A stretch of 62,891 bases of DNA, the filler included, from Sphacelaria rigidula (Eukaryota), in assembly GCA_964200075.2 (NCBI GenBank). It is 10 parts of 10 records of this genome, joined end to end, with 100 filler letters (N's around TTAATTAATTAA, not from the genome) between each part and the next. Parts side by side here need not be neighbours in the genome. Positions count along the whole stretch, not along the records: positions 25,198 to 31,396 come from CAXNAA020021562.1; positions 31,497 to 37,695 come from CAXNAA020021563.1; positions 37,796 to 43,994 come from CAXNAA020021564.1; 7 more parts are not named here. One strand, written 5' to 3'. The notes below the pieces were generated by a model. The model worked only from the letters and a program-made list of their open reading frames with translations, searched no databases and was not told where the DNA came from. The stretch's first letter is position 1, and every line of letters starts with the position of its first letter. Of the stretch, positions 25,198 to 38,008 are shown piece after piece. Both the position numbers and the translations under genes were made by a program.

Positions 25198-28100
25198 TGG
25201 GGTCGACAGGATCATTCACGAAGGCACAGCCAGCACACCGGCACATGAAAGAAGAACGCGGCGTGACCCCATTATGACGGTACGCCGGCCAAACCGCAAA
25301 AATCCGTGTGCAAAAATCTGTGCTTGCCGACCCCCGCCAGTTTGCCCGAAATTCTGTGGGACTCGGGCCCCGAATCTCTGGCGGAGGATTATTTCACCCA
25401 AAATTTTGAATAATCTGTACCCAAAAGACCGACTCAAATGGGAGTCGTTCAGATTTTATTTTCCAAAACTTTTCAACAGGTGGTCACAAAAGCGACCATT
25501 ATGGGATATAGATTGCTCTGCTTCGCATCGCGCTTCCAATTTTCCTATCCTTTCTTTGATTGGAACGGAATGGAAAAGGGACAGAACAGACAGACGCCCT
25601 CGCAGTGTTGTTCCTTTTCGATACTGTGATATGGAAGCTTTGGTCACGGTGAGGTGTACGTTCTACTAGTTGAAGTCATATTCCGCAGTGTTCATTATCT
25701 CGAGCTCAGACAGGAGGTCATCGTGGGAAGAGAGTTGGGCACTGTTAGCTTCAACAGCTCGCTTCACGGGCGATGCCGCGCATGGGAGAAAGCTGCATGA
25801 CGCATGACATTCGTCACGGCACACGTTGCCAGCGTTTTGTTGCTGAAAAGATTCATGAATCCACTAGAACAGGGCGAGTTAGGGCCTGTCTTAGCACCTT
25901 TTTTCTCGATAAAAAAAATGAGGCGGTGGAATCGACCTGAGCGAAAAATTCTCGTTCTGATGCAGTTGGGTCCGGATGGATTTTCCAGCGTTCAATCGAA
26001 AAAGAACAGTGAAATTCGTGAGACGGTACATGGTCTGTACTGTTTGCACTGCTTGCGAGTAGAGTGTCTTGAGTGCGTGTGTGCGTGTTTCGTGCAGGAG
26101 AAGATAAAGGGGAAGCGCACAATGTGCAGTACAGACAGCCCAAGACTATCAGTTCTCTGCTTACAATGCGACTCAAAAATAACTTCAGCAACGTGCAGCT
26201 TTGTACTGCCTGCACTGTCCATGAGCAGGCACGCAACTCGGTTGCCCACCGTACCACGCAGTTCCGTCCCTGATGACTACCATGAGAGAAGATGCGCAAG
26301 TTTTCGCTAACAAAAAATAAACAAAACACACCCAGCTACTTTCGTGTATCCATCCTTGTGCTCAACTCGTGCCCTATGCTGCAGGGTTGCGATGGTGGCT
26401 GAGAATGAGTTGGATGGGGTTCGCATGGTCCCATGAACGGGTTTCATTTTGCGTGGTGGTCTGTAAAATAGGAGTCACGTGCCGCTTCTTGCCTTTCGAG
26501 TGCATGTTTCAGACCGAAACAAAACGTTTTTTCACTCGTTGCATTCTTCTCCGCGCGCCGCTAATTAAAATTCGAGTTGAAGCCTTCGAGGAACATAAAT
26601 GCGGTGGACCTATCAGATAGGCGAAAAAAAAACGATCGCACTTTTTCGATTGAAAAAAAAAGGTGCCGAGACAGGCCCTTAGTGCAAGTTAGTGCAGGGT
26701 TCTCTAGATACGGGTCCCACTCTGTGGGCATCGGTCTTGAAACACACATCCTCGTCTGTTGTACAGAAAATAAGTTGTTTGCTGCTATGTGGTCGACACT
26801 GCGTACCAACCGCGACGTTTCGTCTTCGCTAGTACTACCTGTTCACTGCACAGCGGCAGGGTGCAGGGTGACAAAGCACACCACAAAACGCCACATCCTC
26901 AGCCTACCCCCCTGTGCTGCATTGATTTCGCGCTGTCCTATGCAGTTCGCCACATCATGCACGCAATCCCTTGAATCTGCGGTCAATGTGCACGCGAAAA
27001 AAAACTCAATGTGCACAGAAACCCCCTCTCGGCAGAAAACATTGATATCTGTGGAATCCGCGCCCGTAACCGCAGGGTTATGCAAGACTGGAAGCTTTAC
27101 CGTTTTTCGTTGCACGCACGCGTCACCTTTCATCGAATACTGGACGGATTTCCGTCAAACAAAGGCTGCCGGGCGTGGATGATGAGGTATCGCTTGAACG
27201 ATGCGTGTGAGTGGTGGATGTCTGTGCGTGTTTTTCCAAGGGTGTGTAGGTGTTGTGCTCCCTTGTTGCATCTTGTCGGCAGCATTACACAGACCTTGGA
27301 CCTGCTTGGACTAACAACCACTTCCACACCCGCCGCACTTCTCAACCTGCGTGCAGATCTGGGTTCCAAATCTTTCAAGTTGAATTTGAGCGCCACTTGT
27401 ACAAGCCCGCGCGCAACGGTGGAAAGAAGGATCCACCCCAACCTGAAATCCAGACCCCACGCAGCAGATTTGGACGACGAGCAGTTTTGCAGCACCTCTA
27501 CTGTCCATAAGCGCTCACCCCACTTCTGTGCTTACGGGAACACTGCATGCAGCACTACAACTGTTCAGGCACTCTCCAGCACACATCACACCATGTTCAT
27601 AGTAAAGTGTTCAAATGCACAACAGCACAGCGACAACTACAGCATAGAAATAATGGGTGTGAGAAGCGCCCCGTTTTAAATCAGTCGAAGCATTAAATCA
27701 TGGGACATGTATGTCTTGTCTAACTGTACTGCAGCACAAACACACTCACTTCCGCTCTCATGTGCTGTAGTTATCACTGTTCTGGGGTGTGTTTAGACTT
27801 TGCGAAGACGGTTTGGTCCCCGCTGAGATTGCTTGATGTGCTGTATTGCTGTGTTCGTCTCTCTGCAACATATAGTATCAGTCAGAAATCAATGCTGTCT
27901 ACACAATTGACTGTTAAAAAATTCATCTTACCCAGACCCATCACTTGTGCGATTCCAAACACGGCTAGGTAAAGGCACACAACCAGCACCAGTATACACC
28001 GCTCGACCGGCTGGGCCAGACCCCATGCTCCCATTAAGGGAGCGGCGCACAGCACAGTGCGAATATAATGCACCGCCAGGGTACTGCTTGCACCCGTCAG

Positions 28101-28904
28101 CATGACGGCTGCTGCCGTTGGCATCGGCGCCAGCGCTCGCGGTCACGGCAAGATTAATTTAGCAACAAGAGAAGCTGATGCATACTGTATACAGCTCGTC
28201 TTCAGGTTCCAAAACTAAAAAAAACACTGCAGAACTGCCATGTTGTCTTGTGTTCTGTGTAGTACTCTGCACTCCATACACCACTGCACAGTTATATTAT
28301 TTTCAGTGTACTACCCTGTACCCCATATGATGGGGTCACCTTTTGAGCAGTTTGTCGAAACGGTCTTCTTGTTTTTTCAAAACTTCTCCTTCTTTTTTCA
28401 AGAGTATTCCGAAAAAAAGAGTGTTTTCTGTCACAGAAATCCAATGCCGACTCTAGAATCGCCCGAGACAACAACCAATTTGAAAATTAGAAAAGTCGTC
28501 AAGATTAAGACACCCAAAATTTTGAACGGACCCAAAAAATTGCAAAATGTTGGCCAAGCGTCCAGAACTGGGGGACGATTATATAAAAGACGCTTGAGGA
28601 CCTGTTTAAAAGTTGGCGCAAGAAGTAGAATGGCACATGTCATGTTTTGTTGTACAGCAGCACACGCACACGGCTCTCTCATGTACCGCACCTGTCACAG
28701 CACAATCGTGTACTTAGACCTTGCCAAACCTTTCTGGTCTCTGCTGGGTTACCTGAGCTGCTGTACTACTATTGCATTCCGAACAACTGCAGTGGGCAGG
28801 CAGTGCTGTCTTGCCGAAGTTGAAAATGCAATGCTGTTGACACGAAGTTATGAAAGTCACGTGATTATTCATGGACGCACAACTGGTTTCCACCGCCAGC
28901 AGGC

Positions 28905-29208
28905 TTTAACCCCATTACCAGCAGTAGCCACGCGCGAGACACACTCAACATGCACAGCTCCCACAGAGAGATGGGGACAGCTATATCTCCCAGCACTTCG
29001 CCGAGTGAGCAAGCATGGGCCCATCGGCGGGTAGTACGGGCTAGCGCTTTCCAGCACGGTGACTATCACGCGCAAGATGAATGGGCGTTGTCGCACGATC
29101 GAAACGCGGACTGCCTCTCGCACGAGAAAGAGCAGCAGCAGCAGCAGCAGTATTGGTACCGGCTGATTCAGATCCACCCCCGGCTGTACACGTCTACTGG
29201 CAGTAAAG

Positions 29209-29258
<50 letters not shown>

Positions 29259-30050
29259 GCTGCTGCTGCTATTATTGCTTCTTCTCCTTTTCGTGTGGTA
29301 GACGGTCCGTGTTTCGACCCGCGACAATGTCCATCACCCGGCGCGTTATTGCCTCCCAACTTCGAATGGACTATGGTTGTCACCCCCTCTACATTTTCAG
29401 TACTCGTACGTATCACTTGTTTTCTCTGTAATGGGCACTGGCTTTATTCCCATCACCAGCAGTACCAACGCGTGTGAGACACTTGACGTGCACAGCTCCA
29501 ACAGAGAAATTCGCGCAGCCATTTCTCCTAGAACTTCGCCGAATGGGGAAGCATGAACCCATCGGCGGGTAGTATGGATTAGCGATTTCCAGCACGGCAG
29601 CTATCACGCGCAAGGTGCGTGGGCGTTGTCGCACCATCAAAATGCAGACCGTGTAATTCGTGAGAGAACCGCGTGCTTAGGGGATCGCATCGGAATTTGA
29701 ACATCCTTATGGCTAGGGTTAGGGTTAGGGCTCGTGCCAGGGTTATGGCCAGAGGCGTGGTAGCTCCAGGGACTGACACGATTGGTTTTGAAAAACATCG
29801 ATCCTGGGGTGTTCTGGACTACGGCGCGGTCCTTTAAGCACGCGGTCCTCTCACGCATTACAGACCGTTTCTCGCACGAGAAACAGCAGCAACAGCAGCA
29901 GCAGCAGTATCGGCACCAGCTGATTCAGACCCAACCACAGCCGAATATATTCACTGGTGGTGAAGATGCTGCTGCTGCTGCTGCTGCTATTGCATTTTCT
30001 CCTCCTCGAGCGGGAGGCCGTCCGCATTTCGACCGGCGGCAATGTCCATA
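28905..30050 (+). repeat. Local direct duplication (~430-bp unit) carrying (CAG)n and (GCT)n tracts
   Basis: 28905-29335 aligns with 29448-29652 plus 29861-30050; (GCT)~20 at 29211-29270. Confidence 0.8.
29653..29860. mobile_element. Short MITE of the same TIR family as 609-1734, containing (TTAGGG)n
   Basis: TIRs GTAATTCGTGAGAGAACCGCGTGCTTA / TAAGCACGCGGTCCTCTCACGCATTA; direct repeat CAGACCGT at 29645-52 and 29861-68; empty paralogous site near 29106; TAGGGTTAGGGTTAGGG at 29714-30. Confidence 0.85.
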
Positions 30051-31194
30051 CACCCTTGCGCGTGATTGCCGCCCTGCCTGAAGTCACTGGTCTATTCGTG
30101 TGCTATTACCGCCATTGCATCACTTGTCTTTGCCCCTACATTGATACAGCGCGTGATTTCTCGTGAAAATGAATTTGTGAACCGTCACGTCACTATCACT
30201 ACATCACGAATCGCACATTACCTTTTTTGTTCCGTCACAATGTCGCCTTATGTTATACTGTATATCTTTTGGGGATGCTGTTGTAGACATGTACACCTCC
30301 TAGGTCACGCCAACTTCAACATCCATGTACAACTCCAAATATATGCCATAATTGTGTGCTTTTTGGTACCGGTTCAGAATCGCGGCGTAAAAAACGCAGG
30401 GTGTCCTCGCTTGTTGACGGCTGCTGCCCTTGGGAGCGCGGACTGCTGCGTGCTCAAATAGTGCTGAGGTGACGGCAGACTGAAAATGACGGTTTCGGGC
30501 GGTTCTCCGAAACGCCTCGGGAACCACGAAAAAAATCGATGGGAAGGTTATCAAGCGGTAGATTCCGGTTGTGCACGACCGACACACTCTGATCGCCGTG
30601 AGTGTAGCTGCTTCTCTATTGGGGAATCGGCAAAAGCCTTGGATTTGAGTTCTGCTCCAAAACTTCACGAGAACAACAACAACAACAATACTCGGGAAAA
30701 GTCGAAAATACGCATGAGAACTGCGGCAAAACCTCCAAACGGGCTTATTTTGTGGGACAGAGGAAGCACTATATACTATATTATATACTCTATCGTATAC
30801 GAAGTATATGCTTCTGCTCCTTGATATTATGTCTAGATTATAAAATATGTATGCTCCATATATCATGTATTATTTGTTAATATAACGTGTATAAATATGA
30901 GAGATGTGCTCCGCTCCGTCCACTCCGGATATCCGCTCCGTTTGACTTCAATTCCAATCCGCTCCGTTTGAAAAAAATCCGCGGATTAATCCAGTTTTTA
31001 GCCCGATAACGTGTGACGTGGGGAATCCGAAATCTGGCCACTCCTGCAGCTCACAATCCAGATAAAGGCATCCCAAAAGCCCCACCGAGCCTCAACTCCC
31101 GTGGCCACCATCCAGGATAGTCGTGTTGTAGACATTCCCGCTAGAGCCTAGTATAGGTATACCCCTAGCCAATATATACCCCCTATAATGTATG

Positions 31195-31268
31195 CTCCGT
31201 CTCGAAAAGGATGCATGGTCAACGGTCAAACGACCAAGGCAGGCAGCAAATGAGTACGCCCCCCCCCC
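31195..31268 (-). repeat. Poly-G-headed repeat R2
   Basis: Matches 14878-14955; further copies at 31846-31900 (+), 25002-25053 (+, degenerate) and 56440-56540 (-). Confidence 0.8.
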
Positions 31269-31396
31269 TATACTATATGATATTTCATATAACTTAGTCA
31301 TATTTTTTCGGAGGGTATATGATATAGAGGGAAATGTACCAATTAAGATACGCTTAAGACACCTGGCGGGGAAAACTCTATATCTTGGGACCCATG

Positions 31397-31496
31397 NNNN
31401 NNNNNNNNNNNNNNNNNNNNNNNNNNNNNNNNNNNNNNNNTTAATTAATTAANNNNNNNNNNNNNNNNNNNNNNNNNNNNNNNNNNNNNNNNNNNN
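31397..31496. other. Artificial contig spacer
   Basis: Same 100-bp linker. Confidence 0.99.
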
Positions 31497-31518
31497 GCGG
31501 GGACGGCGGGGTGACTGT

Positions 31519-31572
<54 letters not shown>

Positions 31573-32561
31573 GCAGAAGGTTCATACACAGGTTCGGAGA
31601 CAGGGGAAAGGAGTGTAGCGGCTGGGAATGCGTGTTGCCTTGCGGTGGTATTTTTTTTTTCACATGAATTGATCCGCAACGAATCCAGCCGTAGATATAT
31701 GACGGATGAATGTGCCGAGGTTGAGAAACAAAGTGCTTCGCCCCCTACAGTGGAGGAAATAGCAACGACAACAACGAGAAAGATTGAACTTTATTTTGAT
31801 TTTTCCCCGCTTTTGAGCTAGCTTCCCGCTCAGACGAAAACCCGGAGGGGGAAGGAGGAGGCCGTACTCATTTGTCGCTCGCCTGTCATTTGACCATGGA
31901 AAGAGGCAGGTACAACTTTTTCCCTCGCACAAGCTCCACTGTGGCTTCACCAACCCCTCTCTCATAAGACTGGTTTGAACCCGGGTTCGTTCCACTACTT
32001 TTGTACCCGAACCCTTTGAGTGTAATGGGGCGGAGTCTGTAAAGTCCGGAAGACTCATCTCCTATAGTAGCGTAATGCCTCTGAGACAGTTTACTCCGTC
32101 TCTTGTTTTTCTATATTTTTTCCCTGCCCACCTTTTTTCATTTTTTCATTTTTAGCGAGCATCTTCCGTATTGTTTACCTTTTCAGGTACCGTCGATCTT
32201 GTGACGACGGCCGAGTCTCTCGGGAATAGCTAAAACGTACGATACTCACCCAGCCTGTCGATCTCAGCGGAGAGTCGTTTTTATGGTGGAAACACGAGCT
32301 GGAAAGCTCCTTGGGTAGGGTGCTTGCTGGGTCGGGTTGGAAGCAAGGCAGTGTTGCATGCTGTGTGTGTAAATATGTCCTTTGGCATGCTGTGATGTGT
32401 TTGATTCATTTTGATTTGATTTGATTTTTGTTGAAATTCTTGGTGTCAGTTGGAGTTGACTCGATTCAATTCGATTTAATTTTGTGGTTCTGACATGTGT
32501 GTTGTTTTTGTTTTGCACGTGTCGTTCGTGATTGTGATGGTCTTGTACTAAAACATTTCAG

Positions 32562-35500
32562 GTTGATGAAGAGGCGGCAAGAGCAAAGGCCGAGGCGGAG
32601 GCAGCGGCAGCCAAAAAAGAAGCGGCAGCCAAGAAGGAGGCGTCTCTGTCAAAGGTGAAATATTGTGTCTTCGTAGCTTCCTAGGTTGGTATATTCGTGC
32701 GAGGTGCCTTCGCCGGAGGGTCGACATCACACTGGGACATTGTGACAGGAATCAGAGCAGGCACGTGCCTCCCGTAGAATATGCGCTCCTGTCACAGTTT
32801 TTTGTCGTCTAGTGAACGGCTGCTCAGGCTCGTGGTGAAGAAACGTGAGCCGTTTTTGGAGGCCAAATTGTATATTTGTACGGTCATTCTTGTTTCACGT
32901 ACCGTGATATCCCTGTGCATCCCCCGACACTGGAATTCCTCTGCGATGCGTGATAGGTACGCATGTGTCCTGTCTTGTGTTTTATCTATATATATGATCT
33001 CTTTTTTGTTTCTTCCCCCATCGTTAGTTTTGATTTTGTCGGATTCCGAGATAATTTGATATATGCACCATCGTGTCACGGAATTAGTGTCTTGTCTGTG
33101 GTGTGCGGTCGGTGAAAAAATCGTGGTGTAGGGTGTGATCAATTCGTATCAGGTGTCACGCACGATGTTTACATCGCCATCGAGAGCAGTGGGAATGTTG
33201 AGGAACAGCGCTCGCTCTGTCGTAAATTTATCTTGATTTTTTGCTGCTACGATCGCGTATAGTTGGTGAAGGCTCGACGCCAAATCTCCATTTTGCGGGC
33301 GACTGCAACGTTTTATAGCTTGAAAAAACCGCATCAATGAGGATGCCGCGCAGGAGAAGATACATGATGTACAAGCTGAATTGTTAATGCCCGCTGGAAA
33401 CATTCCAGGACCACCGCGATCGCGCGTCCTTTCGAACGCTCGCGAACGCATGTCCCCCCCCCCCCCTGCACAAAGTAAAGCACGAATCCGCGTACCGGGC
33501 CCCCAGCATTGGCATTGGCCCAAACAGTCATCTCCCGGGGAGGGTGCGGAGGAACTTGCACACTAAAATCAGCAATGAATCTCGTGGACGCCTCGTTACA
33601 AAGTATGATGTGTATAAATAATATTTCGAATTCACAAGAGTGAAGCATGAAGCATGTGCAGGACACCTCATTACCAACCATCCTCACTGGTCGTCCTGGA
33701 GGCCCAGTCCCCAAAGGGTGAACATTCATAATTTCGGGCGTTACCCTTGGGCTGGCTCGCGTTGAAATCTGGACAAATGTTTTACTGTAGAAGTGTCAAT
33801 TTTGATTGGAATATAACAACCGATGGCTTGAACGAAGCGTATGGACGAGAGTGTCACGCTGAAGAAAACAGAAATGGAGAAACATCTTCGTGATGAGATA
33901 TGCGTTGATATCCACAATTTTCGACGTGTAAAATGTCGAGTTCATATTTTACTGTAGAATTTTCACTTGTGACTGAGATATAACAACCGACGGCTTGAAA
34001 GAACCGCATCAGTAAGGGTTTCACGCAGGAGGAAACAACCCGAACAAATAACACTTAAGTAGTGTGTTCTGCCTTGATATCCATGTTACCCTTGGGCCGA
34101 ATAACGTGCTCGTTTACGTGAGATGCCCCTCTTGAAATGTCGATATGTCGAGATAGCGGGCGCTGATTCAAAATCTGAATGGATCGTTCGAACCGTCTGG
34201 TTCATGGCTGTTCATTGGAACTGGTTCCACGGTCTGATGCTCGAAAATGGTTTGATTTTGTTCTCCCCCGTAAAGACGTGATGCTCGTTTTCGACGTGCG
34301 TTGCCACAGCTTGTTCTTGCTTTCTGCATATGCAAGCGGCACCTGGCGAAAGCTACACTCTTCAAGTTTTCCTTGATATATTCAAGTTTACTCACGTGTT
34401 ATGGTGATATCGATAAAATAGTGTGTACAGCTGGCGTAAAGTTTTCGGTAACGCTACAAAAGAGTTGTTTGTGAGGGGGGGGGGGGGGGGGGGGAAGGGG
34501 GGGGGGGGGGGTGGGGGGGGGGGGGTGGGGGCACGGAAAATTTGGGGGGGGGGGGGAGGGGNNNNNNNNNNGATGGGGGGGGTGGGCGGGGGCGATGAAG
34601 CAGAGTGAGAGATGTTGAAGGGGGGTGATGTGTACGACGATCAATTGTAGTGAGGGGTGACGGGTGTGGTTATGATGATGCTCACCAGCCCCTGCAATGT
34701 TTCCCTTTTTTATCCCGTCCCCTGTCGCAGGGTGTAAAGCCGGACTTGAAGAAGGACCTTCTGTCGAAGTCTAACCCTGCCAAGGTGCGTGTGCTTGAAG
34801 AATTCCTTCGGATTTCGGATTGCGGAGGTTGGCAAGGGCAGATCGAGTGCGGTATACTCAAATGCGGAGTATTTTGAAAGTCGTACTCTAAATATACGTA
34901 TTGGGGTAGGGTGTCAGGGGTCGCTTCTCAGTTGTTTTTTGGTTTTCGGGCACGACTCCCAACACCTTACCTACCCCAATTTGAGTACTTCAAGTACGTT
35001 CAAAAAATATTCACAATGGAGTATACTTTACCGGACCTGCCCTTGGAGGTTTGCACGTTCGCAACACTAACGGGTGTGAAATTTCGTGACAACTAATTAA
35101 TGTATTATTATAGCCCTCCGTTAAGTACAGTGTGTTTTCTGGGGTTTCGGCGACTTTCGCCGCCTCGCACAGTGGATCGACAGCCAGGATACGTGAGCAC
35201 TCGTGACAGTTTTGTAAGCGCGTAATGGCGCAGGTCATGGGTGGGAGAAGAAGTCGTAGCTGCGCACCAGCAGGAGCACGTCGTGCGTGACCTCGTACGA
35301 AGCTGTTCAAAACTCGATGAGAAACGATCCGGAGAATGATGCCGATTCAATTTTTGAATGATGCCGAGGCAAATTTGAAATAGTCAATTGCCGTCACTGT
35401 GGAATTACTCGCATTTGAGGCTGAGTAGCAGCAGCAGCGGCAGCAGCAGTATAGCAGTATAGCAGTAGCAGTAGAGCCACAAGGAAAAAAGAAAGTACAG

Positions 35501-37529
35501 TCAAGACGATGCAACATGCGTGCAGCATCACGACACGCTCGAGGTGTGGCAGTCCTGCTCCCCCTGATACTATTTGACCCTCCCATTCATTGCGAGGGGT
35601 TGGTAGTCTTTTCCGATACATTTTGTGATGATACCCGGGTGCCCACGTCTCCATCGACAAGAACAAAAAACCTCTCCTGGTCTGGGAAAAGAATAAAATA
35701 AGATGAAGAAAGCGCCTGGAGTCTAGTATTCTTCAGCCCGAACATGTTTCAGATATACCAATCGGAATGCCGAGTGCCGCGTGATATGTAGTCTGTGGGA
35801 CGTGTTACTTCGTGTGTTGATAAGTCAGTGTTGATGAAATACAACATTACTTTGTTCGGTCGTTGATGAGTTATTTGTATGTATCATACTCCACGAGAAA
35901 TCTTGGAGTTGTATGCCTCCACATGATCATTTGTGTTTTTTTCACGTGTTGTAGGACTTCCTTTGGGAACGCCTGTTTTGTGTCAATTTTTCTGCTTCAT
36001 GAGCCCATCAGGTTACGTGTTTCGTGTTGGGAGGTGAACATGCCATTGCACTTTCATGTCCCCCTGCCAACCTCTACCGCCCCTGTCTTTATCTAGTCCT
36101 CAGCCGTTGAATTATCTCCATGTTGTACAAGTTTTGCAACATATTCAAAAGGGTATGCTTATCGTGTAGCTGTCTAGTTTGTTTTCCCCCCACACATTCG
36201 ACATTATACGTTCTACTCGTACCTGTGGTTTGCAGGTGGAAATGTCTCGTTAGTGCGCCGTCTCTCACAAACATGCAAATATCCGCCATACATTCATACA
36301 TGCAAGTATTGCAGGGGCGGTACAGTAGATAAACTTGTTCGAAGCATCCGTGAATGCCCAAGCTTTCTAATTAGGTCGTACTTCGTATACAGGAGAGACC
36401 CCATGCGTTTTCAACCTTCTTCGACACTCTTATACTTCGATATGGATAAATGTGTGTGCCTGTATGCACGCACACTCGTTTGTCTTGTGACGTGGCTGGA
36501 ATTACAGCAGCAGTAGCATCAATCAACGTGCGATGAGCAATCGATATTTCGATCGTAAAAAGTCTTCTCAATTAACTCTTGCACAAAACACAGCCGACCA
36601 ACGGAGGCCGCCTGGACAGCGGCAGCCCCCGGCCCGTGGTCGCAGCGACGAAAGACCAGCCCACGTCTTCCGTCGCCATGCTCAAGGCTAGGCTGGCGGC
36701 GAACCGCACGGCGCCCGCCGCGCCGGTTGAGAAGCCCAAGCCGGATTTGCCGCCGACGTCGGACAGCTGGGAGACCGAGCCAGTAGCGGTGAGTTATTTT
36801 CGATTGTGTTGTCGTTACTTTGACGTACGAAATGTGCTCTCTAGTCCAGTTCTAATGAACAAGGGGAGGATGAAAAATTGACGGAGATCCGGTCATTTGG
36901 GTGTTGCACGGGTTGTTCGACTAAGCTTTTTTTTCAACATAGCAAGAGTCAACTGTTCGCGGTACTGATGCACCACCCCTATTCATCATGCCCTCACGTG
37001 GAGCGTCGTTTGTGTCGTCACAACTCATGAGATATCCTTACTCTAACTATAACTACCCTTCAGGATCAGTCTCGTCACTCCTCATTTTACTCGTTCGCTT
37101 CCACTCTCTTCCCCTCAATCCCCGAACCAACCACAACAACCACCCCAATACTCACGCACGCGACCACCCACCACAGGCCCCACCGGCCCCCGCCAAACCT
37201 GCGACGGCCCCCCTCCGCCCGGGAGGCGGGATGGGACTGCGCCCGGGAGGTATGGGCTCGGGTGGTGCGGGCCTACGGCCTGGCGGGGGTGGCGCAGGGG
37301 CTGGTCTTCGGCCCGGCGGCGCGTCTCTTAGTGGCGGGGCCAGCGGTGGCTCGTCGGCGTCTTCTGCAGGGGGTAGCGCTAGTGCCGGTGGCGGACAGAG
37401 GGTAAACCCGGTGCGACCGGGCGCTCCCCCGCTGCCGACGGAGTTTCTGCCAATCGGACGCAAGGATGATGCGGGCCGCCTGGTCTACTCCAAGAGTGAC
37501 CTCCTTTTGTACTCCGGCCTCACAGAGAG
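32562..37529 (+). CDS. eIF4G-like translation initiation factor, partial; exons 32562-32654, 34731-34784, 36594-36788, 37177-37529
   Basis: Four GT-AG exons in frame; Ala/Lys/Glu-rich segment, DSWE motif, four LRPGG repeats, then RLVYSKSDLLLY = YxxxxL-Phi eIF4E-binding motif (37486-37506); MIF4G domain lies beyond the contig. Confidence 0.75.
34833..35045. mobile_element. hAT-type MITE, second copy (intronic)
   Basis: Homologous to 9545-9749; termini CAAGGGCAG..CTGCCCTTG; 8-bp TSD GAGGTTGG / GAGGTTTG. Confidence 0.85.
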
Positions 37530-37562
37530 GTGCGTTCGTGTGTGTTGAATGGAGGAAGGAAG

Positions 37563-37670
37563 AGGGTGGGGGGTGTACTCATGATCATGCAGGCCATGAC
37601 CATCAGACCATTAACCTCGCATCCCTGCAAAGACGGAACGGAGCACGCCGGGTTTTCGCCGGACCAGGCT
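37563..37670 (+). repeat. Poly-G-headed repeat R1 (intronic)
   Basis: Full R1 ending GTTTTCGCCGGACCAGGCT. Confidence 0.9.
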
Positions 37671-37695
37671 CGCACTTGAAGCACCGAGCGCGAAG

Positions 37696-37795
37696 NNNNN
37701 NNNNNNNNNNNNNNNNNNNNNNNNNNNNNNNNNNNNNNNTTAATTAATTAANNNNNNNNNNNNNNNNNNNNNNNNNNNNNNNNNNNNNNNNNNNN
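37696..37795. other. Artificial contig spacer
   Basis: Same 100-bp linker. Confidence 0.99.
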
Positions 37796-38008
37796 CAGCC
37801 TAGGCTCCTCTCTGTGGGGTGATACAAAGTGTCCGAGGCGTGTGTTGGCGGTTTTCTTTGCTTGGGGATCAAAAGGTGGGTCAAACGTCCCAAAGGTGAA
37901 CAATCCGTGGGGCAAAACTCTGGTTGCCATAACATCCCGTCTCACGCCCTGAATGTGCAGTCTATGGACAAGGTACAAATGATTTCGTATCCTGTACTGT
38001 TTCTTCAG

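Noticed and set aside
25804..29034. Long ORFs of 168-264 aa in contig 5
   Set aside because: No recognisable motifs, atypical composition and overlapping ORFs on both strands; likely chance ORFs
28950..29477. PolyQ/polyA protein ORF
   Set aside because: The ORF arises from microsatellites in a duplicated repeat; no domain, and the paralogous copy is interrupted
31519..31572. Long poly-G runs (also ~34474-34561 and 25077-25097) as G-quadruplex elements
   Set aside because: They lie at contig edges or gaps where homopolymer length and base calls are unreliable
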